From Candidatus Bathycorpusculum fermentans (GTDB taxonomy: Archaea > Thermoproteota > Bathyarchaeia > Bathyarchaeales > Bathycorpusculaceae), in the NCBI GenBank assembly GCA_009787175.1, contig WRGM01000173.1, positions 1 through 37,405 on the forward strand: DNA of 37,405 nt, in the 5' to 3' direction. Shown one piece after another: positions 9,056 through 19,047 of the stretch. Position numbers and translations under genes: made by a program. A model generated the notes under the pieces. The model was not told where the DNA came from and ran no database searches. It worked only from the letters and a program-made list of their open reading frames with translations. The first letter of the stretch is position 1, and the number at the start of each line of letters is the position of its first letter.

Positions 9056-9949
9056 GTGAAAAACATGACTAATGAACTTTACATATACATAGATGGAAAG
9101 TTTTATCCTAAATCAGAGGCTAAAATTTCTGTTTATGACCATGGATTTCTCTACGGAGACGGCGTTTTTGAAGGCATACGAGCATACAATGGTATAGTAT
9201 TCAAACTCAAAGAACATATTGACCGCCTATACCGCTCAGCACACGCTATTATGTTAAATATACCGTTAACTAAACAAGAAATGACACAGGCAGTAATAGA
9301 TACATTGCGTAAAAACCAAATGAAAGACGCATACATTCGCCTTGTCGTATCAAGAGGCGTTGGCGATTTAGGCCTAGACCCACGGAAATGTCCTAAAGCA
9401 TCCGTTATCGTCATCACTGACACCATTCAATGCAAAGCTAACAATTCACAAGAAACAGGTATAACTACTATATTTAGCTGGGTTAAAAGAAACTCAGTTG
9501 ACGCGACAACACATGAGGTCAAATCACTTAACTATTTAAATAGCATTTTAGCTAAAATGGAAGCAAACGCGTATGGCGTTGACGAAGCTATGTGCCTTGA
9601 AAGCAACGGTTACATAACAGAAGGCGTTGGAGAAAACGTATTTATCGTTAAAAACGGCGAAATATTTACTCCTCCAACATCAACAGGCGCACTTTCAGGC
9701 ATAACCGCAGAAGCAATTTGTGAAATAGCAAAAAACATTGGAATTAAAGTTACTATAGCTAACCTTACACCATTTATGCTATTTACTGCAGATGAAGCCT
9801 TCTTTACTGGAACTGCTATGGAAATGGCCCCAATACGCGAAGTCAACAAGCGAATAATTGGCGAGGGCAAACCTGGATCAGTTACTAAAAAATTAATGGC
9901 AGAATTTCAAAAGGTAATAAGCGACCCCACACAGGGCACAAAAATCTAA
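9056..9949 (+). CDS. ilvE: branched-chain amino acid aminotransferase (class IV)
   Basis: DHGFLYGDGVFEGIRAY, KSLNYLN, EG.GENVF, L.GIT, ADEAFFTGTA. The start may be the ATG at 9065. Confidence 0.95.
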   Translation: MKNMTNELYIYIDGKFYPKSEAKISVYDHGFLYGDGVFEGIRAYNGIVFKLKEHIDRLYRSAHAIMLNIPLTKQEMTQAVIDTLRKNQMKDAYIRLVVSRGVGDLGLDPRKCPKASVIVITDTIQCKANNSQETGITTIFSWVKRNSVDATTHEVKSLNYLNSILAKMEANAYGVDEAMCLESNGYITEGVGENVFIVKNGEIFTPPTSTGALSGITAEAICEIAKNIGIKVTIANLTPFMLFTADEAFFTGTAMEMAPIREVNKRIIGEGKPGSVTKKLMAEFQKVISDPTQGTKI

Positions 9950-9960
9950 CCCTTTAGAAT

Positions 9961-10002
9961 GAAGAATGAAACTAGAGCTAGTTTCACTTCCTGTTTTCTT
10001 TT
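9961..10002. terminator. inverted repeat followed by a T-rich tract between convergent ilvE and aminotransferase genes
   Basis: TGAAACTAG-AG-CTAGTTTCA (9967-9986) flanked by GAAG/CTTC, then TGTTTTCTTTTTT. Confidence 0.5.
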
Positions 10003-11217
10003 TTATTTTGCTGTTGTATGTTTTTTAATGAATTGTTCTAAGGCGTTGTAGGCTTCTTCAAGTTTTTCAATAGGAGGTAAGAAGACAATTCTTGCATGCC
10101 TATTACCGTAGACGGGGTCAAAACCTGAACCGTTCACAATTAATACGCCAGTTTCCTTTAGCAGATCTACAACAAAGTCCATATCAGTTTTCCATTGGGT
10201 ACCTATGTAGTCTATTTTTGGGAAAATATAGAAGGCTCCATCAGGCTTTGTTGTACTTATACCTTCAATTTCATTTAGACGCTTCCAACTAAAGTCCCGC
10301 CTCTGCCTTAAACGATCAACTATATCCTTAACAAAATTCTGTGGACCATTTAATGCCGCTGTCGCCGCTATTTGCACTGGAGTATTAGCACAGATACGAA
10401 TGCGACACTGTTTCTCTACACCAGCTTTTAGAGCAGCAAGCTGCGTACCTTCACCTTTAAAGTACATATAGCCAAGCCGCCAACCGGTCATTTGATAAAC
10501 TTTACTAAAACCATTCAACCCAATAACAGGCACATCGGAAGTTAAATGAGCAGCACTCACAAAATGCTTCTCATACGTGAGCTGATCATATATTTCATCA
10601 CTAATTATAGGCAAACCATACTCGCCGGCAACATTTATGATTTCCTCTATAACCTTACGTTCATAAACCGCGCCTGTTGGATTATTAGGATTAATAATTA
10701 CAATAGCCCGCGTTTTATCAGTAATCCTCTTACGCATATCATCTATATTAGGCTGCCAATTCTCCTGCTCTATAGTCTCATAAGCAATTGGCGTACCATC
10801 AAAAAATTTAGTATACGAAATATACGGCGGATACGTTGGACCAGGTATGAGAATCTCATCACCCTTCTCCACAATAGCACCAAGCAACATCTGAATACCC
10901 TCAGAGATACCCTCAGTAACCAAAACATCATCCGCCGAAATATCCACATTATTAATTTTCTTCTCCTTATTAGCCACCGCCTGCCTAAGCTCAAAAATAC
11001 CCTCAGAAGGAGAATAATAATTAGCCTCCTTAGCAATAGCCTTACAAAGAGCCTCCTTAAGACTCGGAGGCGTTTTAAAATCAAACGCGGCAGGGTCACC
11101 AATATTTAGGTAATGAATTGTTTTACCACTCTTAATCAAATCTTTAGTATGCACAATAACATCACGAATAGCATACTCAATATTACTCGCACGCTCAGTT
11201 ACCTTAACACCCGTCAA
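10003..11217 (-). CDS. class I/II PLP-dependent aminotransferase, alanine aminotransferase-like
   Basis: YAIRD, LNIGDP, INPNNPTGAVY, SDEIYD, GFSKVYQMTGWRLG. TTG 11217 preferred over the track start at 11274. Confidence 0.9.
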   Translation of the reverse strand: MTGVKVTERASNIEYAIRDVIVHTKDLIKSGKTIHYLNIGDPAAFDFKTPPSLKEALCKAIAKEANYYSPSEGIFELRQAVANKEKKINNVDISADDVLVTEGISEGIQMLLGAIVEKGDEILIPGPTYPPYISYTKFFDGTPIAYETIEQENWQPNIDDMRKRITDKTRAIVIINPNNPTGAVYERKVIEEIINVAGEYGLPIISDEIYDQLTYEKHFVSAAHLTSDVPVIGLNGFSKVYQMTGWRLGYMYFKGEGTQLAALKAGVEKQCRIRICANTPVQIAATAALNGPQNFVKDIVDRLRQRRDFSWKRLNEIEGISTTKPDGAFYIFPKIDYIGTQWKTDMDFVVDLLKETGVLIVNGSGFDPVYGNRHARIVFLPPIEKLEEAYNALEQFIKKHTTAK

Positions 11218-11366
11218 TACTATTACCTTACACCAAAAAATAGTACAGAGAGAATAAAAGTTTCCTATTAACACAAGACAAAAAATTTGAAAACAACCAT
11301 AAATCTATTAAAAAAACAGGGCAAACCAAAGAAAAAACGAAACAAACAAAAAAAGAGCGTTAAGCT

Positions 11367-12809
11367 CTAATAGGATCTAGCAAAATATGCCATATCCTTC
11401 CCTTTTTCACCACAGTAAACACATCCGGTTTGTGGCTCTTCTTTTTCAAAGGGTATTACTCGAATTGTCGCACCTGTTTCTTCCTTAATTTTTGCCTCAC
11501 ACACCGGATTTCCACACCAAGACGCTTTGATAAACCCGCCTTTGTTCTCTACAACCTGTTTAAACACGTCATAACTCGCTACTTCAACTATTTTTTCTTG
11601 CAAAATTGTTCGGGCTTTAGAGAGCAAGTTATCTTGTATATCTTGGAGCAGATGCTCAACAGTTATAAGTATATCTGCCTCTTTGACCATTATTTTCTGT
11701 CCGGTGTCACGTCTAGCCATAACTACTTGACCGTTTTTGAGGTCGCGCGGGCCAAGTTCTATGCGAACGGGGACACCTTTGAGTTCCCACTGGTTGAATT
11801 TCCATCCTGGAGTGTATTCTTGACGGTCATCGAGAATAACGCTTAAACCTTTTTCCTTGAGATTTTTGGCTATTTCTTGAGTTTTAGCAGCTATTGCGTC
11901 GGCATCTTGACCTTTGAAGGGAATAGGGACAATTACAATTTGAGTTGGAGCAACTTTGGGCGGCATAATTAAGCCTTTATCGTCTCCGTGAATCATAATC
12001 ATAGCACCGATGAGTCGCGTGGTAATGCCCCAGCTGGTTTGCCAAACATAATGATTCTCTTTGTCTTCACCTATGTATTTTACGTCAAAAACTTTGGCGA
12101 AGTGCTGACCAAGATTGTGACTTGTACCCATTTGCAAGGCTTTACCGTCAGGCATCATAGACTCTACCGCAGTAGTGTACAGGGCACCTGCAAATTTTTC
12201 ACTCTCACTTTTAGTGCCTATTAGTACGGGGATAGCTAAGATGTTTTCAATTATGCCTTTATACATGTTAATAGCCCACAGGACTTCTTCTTCGCCTTCC
12301 TCTGCTGTTGCATGTGCTGTGTGGCCTTCTTGCCAGAGAAATTCGCGAGTGCGCAGGAATAATTTAGTTGCCTTAGTTTCCCAACGCACAATGTTACACC
12401 ATTGGTTAATTTTAAGTGGTAAATCTCTCCAACTGCGTATCCATTTTGCATACATTGAATACATGATTGTTTCACTTGTTGGACGTACCGCAAGCTTTTC
12501 TTCAAGCGGAGTATTTCCACCCTGAGTTATCCAGGCAACCTCTGGAGTGAAACCTTCAAAATGCTCAGCTTCTTGCTTAAGAAAAGCCTCTGGGATAAAC
12601 ATTGGAAAGTAAGCATTTTTATGACCAGACACTTTGATTTTTTGATTAACAACTTCTTGGATTTTCTCCCAAACAGCATACGCATCTGGACGGATAATCA
12701 TACAACCTTTCACAGGAGCATAATCAGCAAGTTCAGCTTTTAGAACCACTTCAACATACCATTCACTAAAATCTACATTTTTCTTTACAGTTACACCAGT
12801 ATCAGACAT
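11367..12809 (-). CDS. proS: prolyl-tRNA synthetase, archaeal/eukaryotic type
   Basis: FSEWY, RPTSET, FLRTREFLWQEGHT, GTSHNLGQ.F, C-terminal Zn site and FARSY end. Confidence 0.98.
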   Translation of the reverse strand: MSDTGVTVKKNVDFSEWYVEVVLKAELADYAPVKGCMIIRPDAYAVWEKIQEVVNQKIKVSGHKNAYFPMFIPEAFLKQEAEHFEGFTPEVAWITQGGNTPLEEKLAVRPTSETIMYSMYAKWIRSWRDLPLKINQWCNIVRWETKATKLFLRTREFLWQEGHTAHATAEEGEEEVLWAINMYKGIIENILAIPVLIGTKSESEKFAGALYTTAVESMMPDGKALQMGTSHNLGQHFAKVFDVKYIGEDKENHYVWQTSWGITTRLIGAMIMIHGDDKGLIMPPKVAPTQIVIVPIPFKGQDADAIAAKTQEIAKNLKEKGLSVILDDRQEYTPGWKFNQWELKGVPVRIELGPRDLKNGQVVMARRDTGQKIMVKEADILITVEHLLQDIQDNLLSKARTILQEKIVEVASYDVFKQVVENKGGFIKASWCGNPVCEAKIKEETGATIRVIPFEKEEPQTGCVYCGEKGKDMAYFARSY

Positions 12810-13038
12810 ACAAATCGCTCTTACAGTCTAGCTTCAACTACATATAAAACCATAACGGACAAGGCAACAAAATCATCTATAGAAACAGATATTGTAAAAA
12901 CAAAACTCTAACGTTACAGACATATTTTTACAATATAACGCAATATACACATTGATACTACACAGTAAAACCTACCACAATCTCCCCTGCAAAACCACAA
13001 GCAGGCAACTTAGAACATAAAAAGAAAGTTGATTGTTT

Positions 13039-13734
13039 TTAACGGTGCATGTTACGGATTTTCGGCTCTAGTATTGTCCATAACCATTTTGTGAATTCAT
13101 CCAAATTCTTTGTTTGGATATACACATCACCCGGACCTGTAATTTGAGTTACAAGTCCTTCACCGCTAAGTATAGTTTCTTTTAAACCTCCAAATTTGGT
13201 GACTTTATAGCTACATGTATCGCTAAAGCAGACAAGATGGAAATTATCAACAATCAATGATTGCCCAGCTTGTAATGTCCGCACGTCAATAGCGCCAAAA
13301 GTGTTTATGAACAGAGGACCATTACCAGTGGCTTTTATCATAAATAAGCCATTACCAAATAGTCCTTTGGTGAAGCCTTCCCATTTAACATCTAAGTTAA
13401 CTTGAGGAGTTGAGGCAACATAGGCAGATTTTTGGATTATGTATCCTTTGCCTGGGGCTATATCAAGTTGTTCAATGTCTCCAACGGGGGCGGATACGAA
13501 TGCAACATCACCAGATCCTTTTGCAGCAACATAATCATTAACCCAAAAAGATTGCCCTCCAATGATGCTTAAGCTTAAGCTGCCGAGTAAGCTTTTTTCG
13601 CGTTTACGCGTACGAACCTCAATTGCGAGATCCATGTATGTCATGGCACCAGATTCAGCTGTGATTGTTTCGCCTTGATTAAGACTGACAACAAGCATAG
13701 CATACGATGGTTTGTATTTTACTTCAAACTTCAC
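13039..13734 (-). CDS. TIGR00266 / AIM24 family protein
   Basis: L..GE.I.AESGAM, GG.SFW.N, FGAI, VDNFHLV, SGEGLV...GPG.VYIQTKN motifs. Confidence 0.9.
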   Translation of the reverse strand: MKFEVKYKPSYAMLVVSLNQGETITAESGAMTYMDLAIEVRTRKREKSLLGSLSLSIIGGQSFWVNDYVAAKGSGDVAFVSAPVGDIEQLDIAPGKGYIIQKSAYVASTPQVNLDVKWEGFTKGLFGNGLFMIKATGNGPLFINTFGAIDVRTLQAGQSLIVDNFHLVCFSDTCSYKVTKFGGLKETILSGEGLVTQITGPGDVYIQTKNLDEFTKWLWTILEPKIRNMHR

Positions 13735-13920
13735 GTAAGTTCCTTCTATTGTAAATGTTTATAGATCATCTATCTTAGCTTATTGATATAAAACTATCTA
13801 TTACAGTCACAAGTTAATTTACCGCATACATAAACAACAGAGTTTCAAAATTGACTAAAAATCATAAAAATATGTAGAAAAATTTTTTATTAAAAAAGTA
13901 AAGCGAAATTTATGTGTGAT

Positions 13921-14628
13921 TTAAGAGATTTGTATTTGTTTTATGATTTGCTGTATTTGCTCTCTTGTTAAGCTATTGCTTTTTTGATTTTTTATATAAT
14001 CAGATAACTGCTGAATTCTAAGAACGGGGACTATAGAATTGCTGATGCTTAGCTTGGCGTGTGTATTGGTAAAAACGATTAGCCCTTCAACATAAATGTT
14101 GTGACCGCGTAAGAATAATGAGGAGTCAAGGGCTCTTTTAATTTTCTGGGCATTGTTTTTTGCCTGCAGACTTGGGTTGGTTGTTATTTTTTTCCCAGGT
14201 CGTTGCCATTGGGTATCATTGCAGATGATTTTGCCGCTCCAATTTTTAGTTTCTAGTACATAAATGCCAGTTGGACCTAAAACTATATGGTCGATATCGC
14301 CGCCTCCGCTTTTTAGATATACGCCATTCATAAGATAGTATTCATCATTTAGTTTGCTTGTTAATGTTCTAATTACTGTTTTTTCGCCTTGTCTCCCACT
14401 TTTGTAAATTTGATATTTATATTGGCAATATCTGAAAGGTATAAGGAGAATTAGAGCCGCTATAAGAAGTGCTGCTTCAATTATGCTTATAACGTGTGTT
14501 TTGAATATGATAATATAGGCTGTTAGGGTTAAGAGTAGTATTGAGAAGAGCAGGCTTAGAATTGCTTTGCTTAGATATTTTCTTATTTGGCTGCTCAGAT
14601 AGTTACTAGAGCCGTCTATTTTTCGCAT
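13921..14628 (-). CDS. NERD-domain (nuclease-related) protein with two N-terminal transmembrane helices
   Basis: G..GE, DIDHIVLGPTGIYVLETKNWSG, NPS.QA motifs; hydrophobic segments at about aa 20-65. Confidence 0.88.
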   Translation of the reverse strand: MRKIDGSSNYLSSQIRKYLSKAILSLLFSILLLTLTAYIIIFKTHVISIIEAALLIAALILLIPFRYCQYKYQIYKSGRQGEKTVIRTLTSKLNDEYYLMNGVYLKSGGGDIDHIVLGPTGIYVLETKNWSGKIICNDTQWQRPGKKITTNPSLQAKNNAQKIKRALDSSLFLRGHNIYVEGLIVFTNTHAKLSISNSIVPVLRIQQLSDYIKNQKSNSLTREQIQQIIKQIQIS

Positions 14629-14854
14629 GTTGTTTTCCTTGCGGGGACATATGTGTCTACTTATATTTTACTGTAATGTCTTTTTTTTATTTGACATTTT
14701 TAGTTTAAAGCATGAAAAATCTTGTGAGAACGCGTGTTTTACGCCTTTTTGTTCAACAGAACAGGGGCTTATGGGGGTAAAACGTTTATATTCTTGTCTG
14801 ATTTCTGGTTTATTCTAATATAAAGAAACAATTCTATCGGAAGTAGTGATTTAC

Positions 14855-16495
14855 ATGGCATATTTAACTACAACAGGTTCAGGACAACCCGTCCTTATCC
14901 TTAAAGAAGGAACAACTCGAAATAGAGGAAAAGAAGCGCAAAAAAACAACATTATGGCTGCACGGGTAATTGGTGAAGTTTTAAAAACTACTTTAGGACC
15001 AAGAGGCATGGATAAGATGCTCATTGATAGCCTTGGCGATATCACCATAACTAATGACGGCGCAACTATTCTAAAAGAAATTGATGTAGAACATCCAGCA
15101 GCAAAAATGATGGTAGAGATTGCGAAAACTCAAGATGACATGGTTGGCGATGGGACTACAAGCGCGGTTATTCTTGCAAGTGAACTGCTAAAGAAGGCAG
15201 AGGAGTTATTGGAACAAAATATTCATCCAACAATCCTTGTAAGTGGTTATCGAAAAGCAGCTCAAAGAGCCATTGAGGTAATAGATGAAATTGCTGAACC
15301 ATTAGATATTAATGATCGGGAAACTCTGCTTAAAGTAGCCTTAACGTCAACAAGCAGCAAATCCGTTGGTAGCGCAAGAAATCATCTTGCAGAAATTTCC
15401 ATAGATGCAGTAAAACAAATCATGGAAAAACGCGGAGATAAAACAATTGCTGACATTGACAACATTCAAATTATAAAGAAAACAGGCAAAAGCCTACTCG
15501 AAACACAGTTAATAAAAGGCATAATTGTTGATAAAGAAGTCGTCAACCCAGGCATGCCAAAAATGAAAGAAAAAGCAAAAATTGCACTCCTCGACTCACC
15601 ACTTGAAATTGAAAAAACAGAAATCAGCGCAGAAATCAGAATAAAAGACCCACTCCAAATGAAAGCATTCCTAGACCAAGAAACAGACATGCTAAAAGAC
15701 ATGGCAGACAAACTAAAAGCTGTAGGCGCAGACGTCATCTTCTGCCAAAAAGGCATAGATGATATGGTACAACACTTCCTAGCAAAAGAAGGCATCATAG
15801 CAGCACGACGCGTAAAAGAATCAGACATGGAAAAACTCGCACGTGCAACAGGCGCAAGAATAAGCAGCGACCTAGATGACCTAAAGAAAGAAGACCTAGG
15901 AGAAGCCGGCCTAGTTGAAGAACGCAAAATCGGCGACGACAAAATGATCTACGTCGAAAAATGCAAAGACCCCCACAGCGTCGCACTCCTACTCCGCGCA
16001 GGCCTAGAACGCATGGTAGACGAAGCCGAACGCGCAATGATAGACTCACTCTCAGTAGTATCAGACGTCATAGAAAACAACAAAATAGTACCAGGCGGCG
16101 GCGCAGTAGAAATCGAAATAGCAAAAGAACTACGCAAATACGCCACAAAAATCGGCGGACGCGAACAACTAGCAGTCGAAGCATTCGCAAACGCCATGGA
16201 AGTAATCCCAAGAGCCCTTGCAGAAAACGCAGGACTCGAACAAATAGACATCATAGCAGAACTACGCACAGCACACGATAAAACAAGCAACAAAAACACA
16301 GGCATAAACATTTACGAAGGCAAACTACAAGACAGCATCAAAAACGGCGTCATAGAACCAATAACGGTAAAAGAACAAGCAGTCAAATCAGCAGCCGAAT
16401 CAGCAGCCATGATACTACGCATAGACGACATAATAACATCAAAAGCACCAAAAGGCGGCCCCGGCGGAATGCCAGGCGGCATGGGCGAAGAATAA
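14855..16495 (+). CDS. ths: thermosome (group II chaperonin) subunit
   Basis: GQPVLILKEGT, TLGPRGMDKM, TNDGATIL, GDGTTS, PGGGA.E, GGM tail; alpha/beta not assignable with certainty. Confidence 0.97.
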   Translation: MAYLTTTGSGQPVLILKEGTTRNRGKEAQKNNIMAARVIGEVLKTTLGPRGMDKMLIDSLGDITITNDGATILKEIDVEHPAAKMMVEIAKTQDDMVGDGTTSAVILASELLKKAEELLEQNIHPTILVSGYRKAAQRAIEVIDEIAEPLDINDRETLLKVALTSTSSKSVGSARNHLAEISIDAVKQIMEKRGDKTIADIDNIQIIKKTGKSLLETQLIKGIIVDKEVVNPGMPKMKEKAKIALLDSPLEIEKTEISAEIRIKDPLQMKAFLDQETDMLKDMADKLKAVGADVIFCQKGIDDMVQHFLAKEGIIAARRVKESDMEKLARATGARISSDLDDLKKEDLGEAGLVEERKIGDDKMIYVEKCKDPHSVALLLRAGLERMVDEAERAMIDSLSVVSDVIENNKIVPGGGAVEIEIAKELRKYATKIGGREQLAVEAFANAMEVIPRALAENAGLEQIDIIAELRTAHDKTSNKNTGINIYEGKLQDSIKNGVIEPITVKEQAVKSAAESAAMILRIDDIITSKAPKGGPGGMPGGMGEE

Positions 16496-16645
16496 ACTTT
16501 CCCCAAATCTTTAATTTTTTAAAAACTATAACAACTATTTCTACACAAACACCAACATCAAGCGTTTTATTGCAAGTTTCCAAGAGTACTTCATAAAAAC
16601 GTATTTATTCTTAAAGACTTACACTTCTGCATTAAACACAAATAA

Positions 16646-16723
16646 GCTCTGGTAGTATAGTCCGGTCAAGTATAGCGGCCTCTCGAGTCGCGGACCCGGG
16701 TCCAAATCCCGGCCAGAGCACCA
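16646..16723 (+). tRNA. tRNA-Glu(CTC), intronless, CCA encoded
   Basis: Acceptor GCTCTGG/CCAGAGC+ACCA; anticodon arm GCGGC-CTCTCGA-GTCGC; T arm CCGGG-TCCAAAT-CCCGG. Confidence 0.93.
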
Positions 16724-16916
16724 AACATTTGGGTTCATATCCTCACCTCAAATTAATGTATTTCAAACCTCGGACTTTAAATTCTCAAAAAAATAACCCA
16801 ATGAATAAGGCAACAATTCCTACACCTGCAAAGAATAAGACACAAGCAACCCTCTCAAACCGGTAGGCATTAACTAATAGCAGTGTTATACAACCAACAC
16901 TAGGTGGGTTGTTAGT

Positions 16917-17957
16917 TTATTTGGTGGATGTTTTTCTTTTTAGTAGTTCAGTCATTATAGGATCGGTTATTTCATAGTGGCCATCTTGGGGTCTTTTTTC
17001 AACATAATTTAGTCTTTGGAGCATATCTAGGTGTTTTGAGAGGGCAGAATTTGTTGACTGCCCAGGCGCAGATAGAAGTTCAGTGAAGCTTTTACTTCCC
17101 GATGAGAGCTCGGTCAAAAGTTTTAGGTGTGATGACCATCCACGAGCGAGTTTTCCAATATTATCAGTTTCGCTGTTAACGATTTTTAAGGCTTCCCCCA
17201 GAGTTTTGTTTACTGCATCGCTATAATTAGAGGGGTTAGCTGTATAGTAGTAGCCAAACATGGTAAGCCAGCCTGGAAGTCCATCTAGGAGTTCAACAGT
17301 TTTAACCAGTAATTCGGTGTTTAGCGAGAGTTTGTTTTGTTCTAGGCCTTTTTTGAGAAAGCTCATGCTAATAGATGGATGCCATTTTTTAACGTCTATC
17401 TGCATTATTGGTCGTCCAAACAGTGGAGATTTACTGTCGGGTTCAAGTATGGATTTTAAAACGCCTACTGCAGATCCGGTAATTATGGGTGTCACTGTAT
17501 CGTAGTGGTAATCGTAGAGGTGAGCTAGCATCATTGTTAGGGTGCGTCTGTCGCTAAACCATTGGGCTTCATCTAGTAAGAGGACAGCTTGTTTTTTTCC
17601 CTTTAGAATAATGTCAAGGGTTTTTTTAAGTGCCTGTTTGGAATAGCTGGCACCTAGAGAAATATAGGGCATGTTGGGAACAGTTATATTGCCAGTGACT
17701 TGGAAGTTTGAGTCATGGGTTAGATTTTGAAGCAGGTTGTCTGTAAAGTTAGCGTTTTCTCGGGCGTCAAGTATCATTGATTGATAGCCAGATTGTTTGA
17801 TTGCACATTTAGCTAAGGAGGTTTTGCCTACTCTGCGTGGACCAAGGAGTATGGTCCAGCGTTTTTCTTGGATATATTTTACTAGGTCAGCTAGTTCTTT
17901 TTCTCTAGAGTAGAGAAGTTGGGGGTCGTGTTTTGGAGGAATATCAAACAGAGACAT
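16917..17957 (-). CDS. archaeal P-loop ATPase (STAND/ATPase_2-type, SSO1545-like) with C-terminal winged helix
   Basis: LFD..PK.....YSREKE, Walker A GPRRVGKTS, Walker B LLLDEAQ, TGS..G, SPLFGR, GLPGWL, wHTH LSKHLDMLQRLNYVEK...YEITDP; AGGTGAT precedes ATG 17957. Confidence 0.88.
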   Translation of the reverse strand: MSLFDIPPKHDPQLLYSREKELADLVKYIQEKRWTILLGPRRVGKTSLAKCAIKQSGYQSMILDARENANFTDNLLQNLTHDSNFQVTGNITVPNMPYISLGASYSKQALKKTLDIILKGKKQAVLLLDEAQWFSDRRTLTMMLAHLYDYHYDTVTPIITGSAVGVLKSILEPDSKSPLFGRPIMQIDVKKWHPSISMSFLKKGLEQNKLSLNTELLVKTVELLDGLPGWLTMFGYYYTANPSNYSDAVNKTLGEALKIVNSETDNIGKLARGWSSHLKLLTELSSGSKSFTELLSAPGQSTNSALSKHLDMLQRLNYVEKRPQDGHYEITDPIMTELLKRKTSTK

Positions 17958-17958
17958 C

Positions 17959-18031
17959 AGTATCACCTGACACTTAGCACCATATGATACTTAGTATCAT
18001 ATGACATTTAGCATCACATGACACTTAGTAT
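17959..18031. repeat. tandem array of four 17-bp near-palindromic units plus a partial fifth
   Basis: AGTATCACCTGACACTT / AGCACCATATGATACTT / AGTATCATATGACATTT / AGCATCACATGACACTT / AGTAT. Confidence 0.92.
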
Positions 18032-18036
18032 GGCAC

Positions 18037-18046
18037 TATATTTAAA
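18037..18046 (-). promoter_or_regulatory. putative TATA box of the ATPase gene
   Basis: Minus strand TTTAAATATA directly upstream of the repeat array. Confidence 0.6.
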
Positions 18047-18150
18047 TGTTCACATTATGGCGACTTAAGGAAAAAATAGGCACAGCATTACAGACTTGAC
18101 ACCAACAAACAAGTAACCAATAGCAAAACAATACACTTATGCATCTAACA

Positions 18151-19047
18151 TTACTCTGATTTGACAGGTGAATAGTTAGAGTTAGTGGAGGTTTTTATAC
18201 CTCGCCTAAGAAACACGAACACCACAAGCGTAATAACACCGCCCAAAATGATGCCGATAATCAACGCGTCAAACGGTTTAAGGAATACAGAATCTGACGC
18301 ATATGTCTTATCGGGCGTATACGTCTGACCCGACACATACGTCTGATTAAGTGTGTATGGTTGACTATCACCATCAGGGGTTATAGGCGGAAATGTTGTT
18401 GCTATTTGCGAAGGCAGGTATGTTTGAGAAGGTTCAGTGGATATAGTAAGTGTTTGAACACTCCAGCTACTTTTTGTGTCAGTTATAAACTCGTACCAAG
18501 CAGGAAATATGTTGTCTTCATAATGACTTTGCACATATCCAATTGCTGCTTGAACTCTAAAGTCCAATTGGGAACCAGCTTTAAGATAAGCAATGTCATA
18601 TATTGCGCCATACACGATAGTATATTCAAAATCTGCTTGGATAATAAATTCTGTTGCACCCCAAAAGGTAGCAGTCTTTGAGGGATAAAATGTTTGCCAG
18701 TTTTCTTCAGAATGCTCTGTGAATTCAATCATATAATGTAATTCATGTTTCTTATTGCTTGCATCTGTATATGATGTAAAGGGCTGATTTTTTATAGAGA
18801 TCTCTATTGTCCTGTTAATTTCACGAAAACCGGGAAGCGTTACAATGGTTTCTTGTCCAGTAGAAGGATCAACAACAGTTGTATTATAAGGCGGATCATC
18901 AAAGATTACACTTTCAATAATCTTTACGCTAAATTGTGGAACAAACGGCTTGTATCCTACTTGCGCAGATGTAGATTGAACAGAGAACACCATAAAAGTT
19001 GACACAGACAAACAAACAATCAACACTAAAACAATACACTTACGCAC
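18151..19047 (-). CDS. predicted cell-surface protein: signal peptide, beta-rich domain, S/T/P linker, C-terminal membrane anchor
   Basis: Hydrophobic N-terminus, VPQFSV, IKNQPFT.Y, LDFRVQA.IGY motifs shared with the neighbouring paralog; C-terminal TM followed by RR. Confidence 0.8.
   Translation of the reverse strand: MRKCIVLVLIVCLSVSTFMVFSVQSTSAQVGYKPFVPQFSVKIIESVIFDDPPYNTTVVDPSTGQETIVTLPGFREINRTIEISIKNQPFTSYTDASNKKHELHYMIEFTEHSEENWQTFYPSKTATFWGATEFIIQADFEYTIVYGAIYDIAYLKAGSQLDFRVQAAIGYVQSHYEDNIFPAWYEFITDTKSSWSVQTLTISTEPSQTYLPSQIATTFPPITPDGDSQPYTLNQTYVSGQTYTPDKTYASDSVFLKPFDALIIGIILGGVITLVVFVFLRRGIKTSTNSNYSPVKSE
18291..18362 (-). repeat. in-frame 18-bp degenerate repeats encoding (Q/K)TYxxx hexapeptides
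   Basis: QPYTLN-QTYVSG-QTYTPD-KTYASD. Confidence 0.75.

Noticed and set aside
10092-12743. Overlapping ORFs within the aminotransferase and proS genes
   Set aside because: Antisense or off-frame to well-conserved genes with no recognisable features.
14851-16583. Multiple antisense and alternate-frame ORFs over the thermosome gene
   Set aside because: Shadow ORFs caused by extreme A/C bias; no motifs; fully overlap a conserved gene.
17959-18031. CRISPR array interpretation of the 17-bp repeats
   Set aside because: Units are contiguous with no spacers, too short, and no cas genes are in the window.
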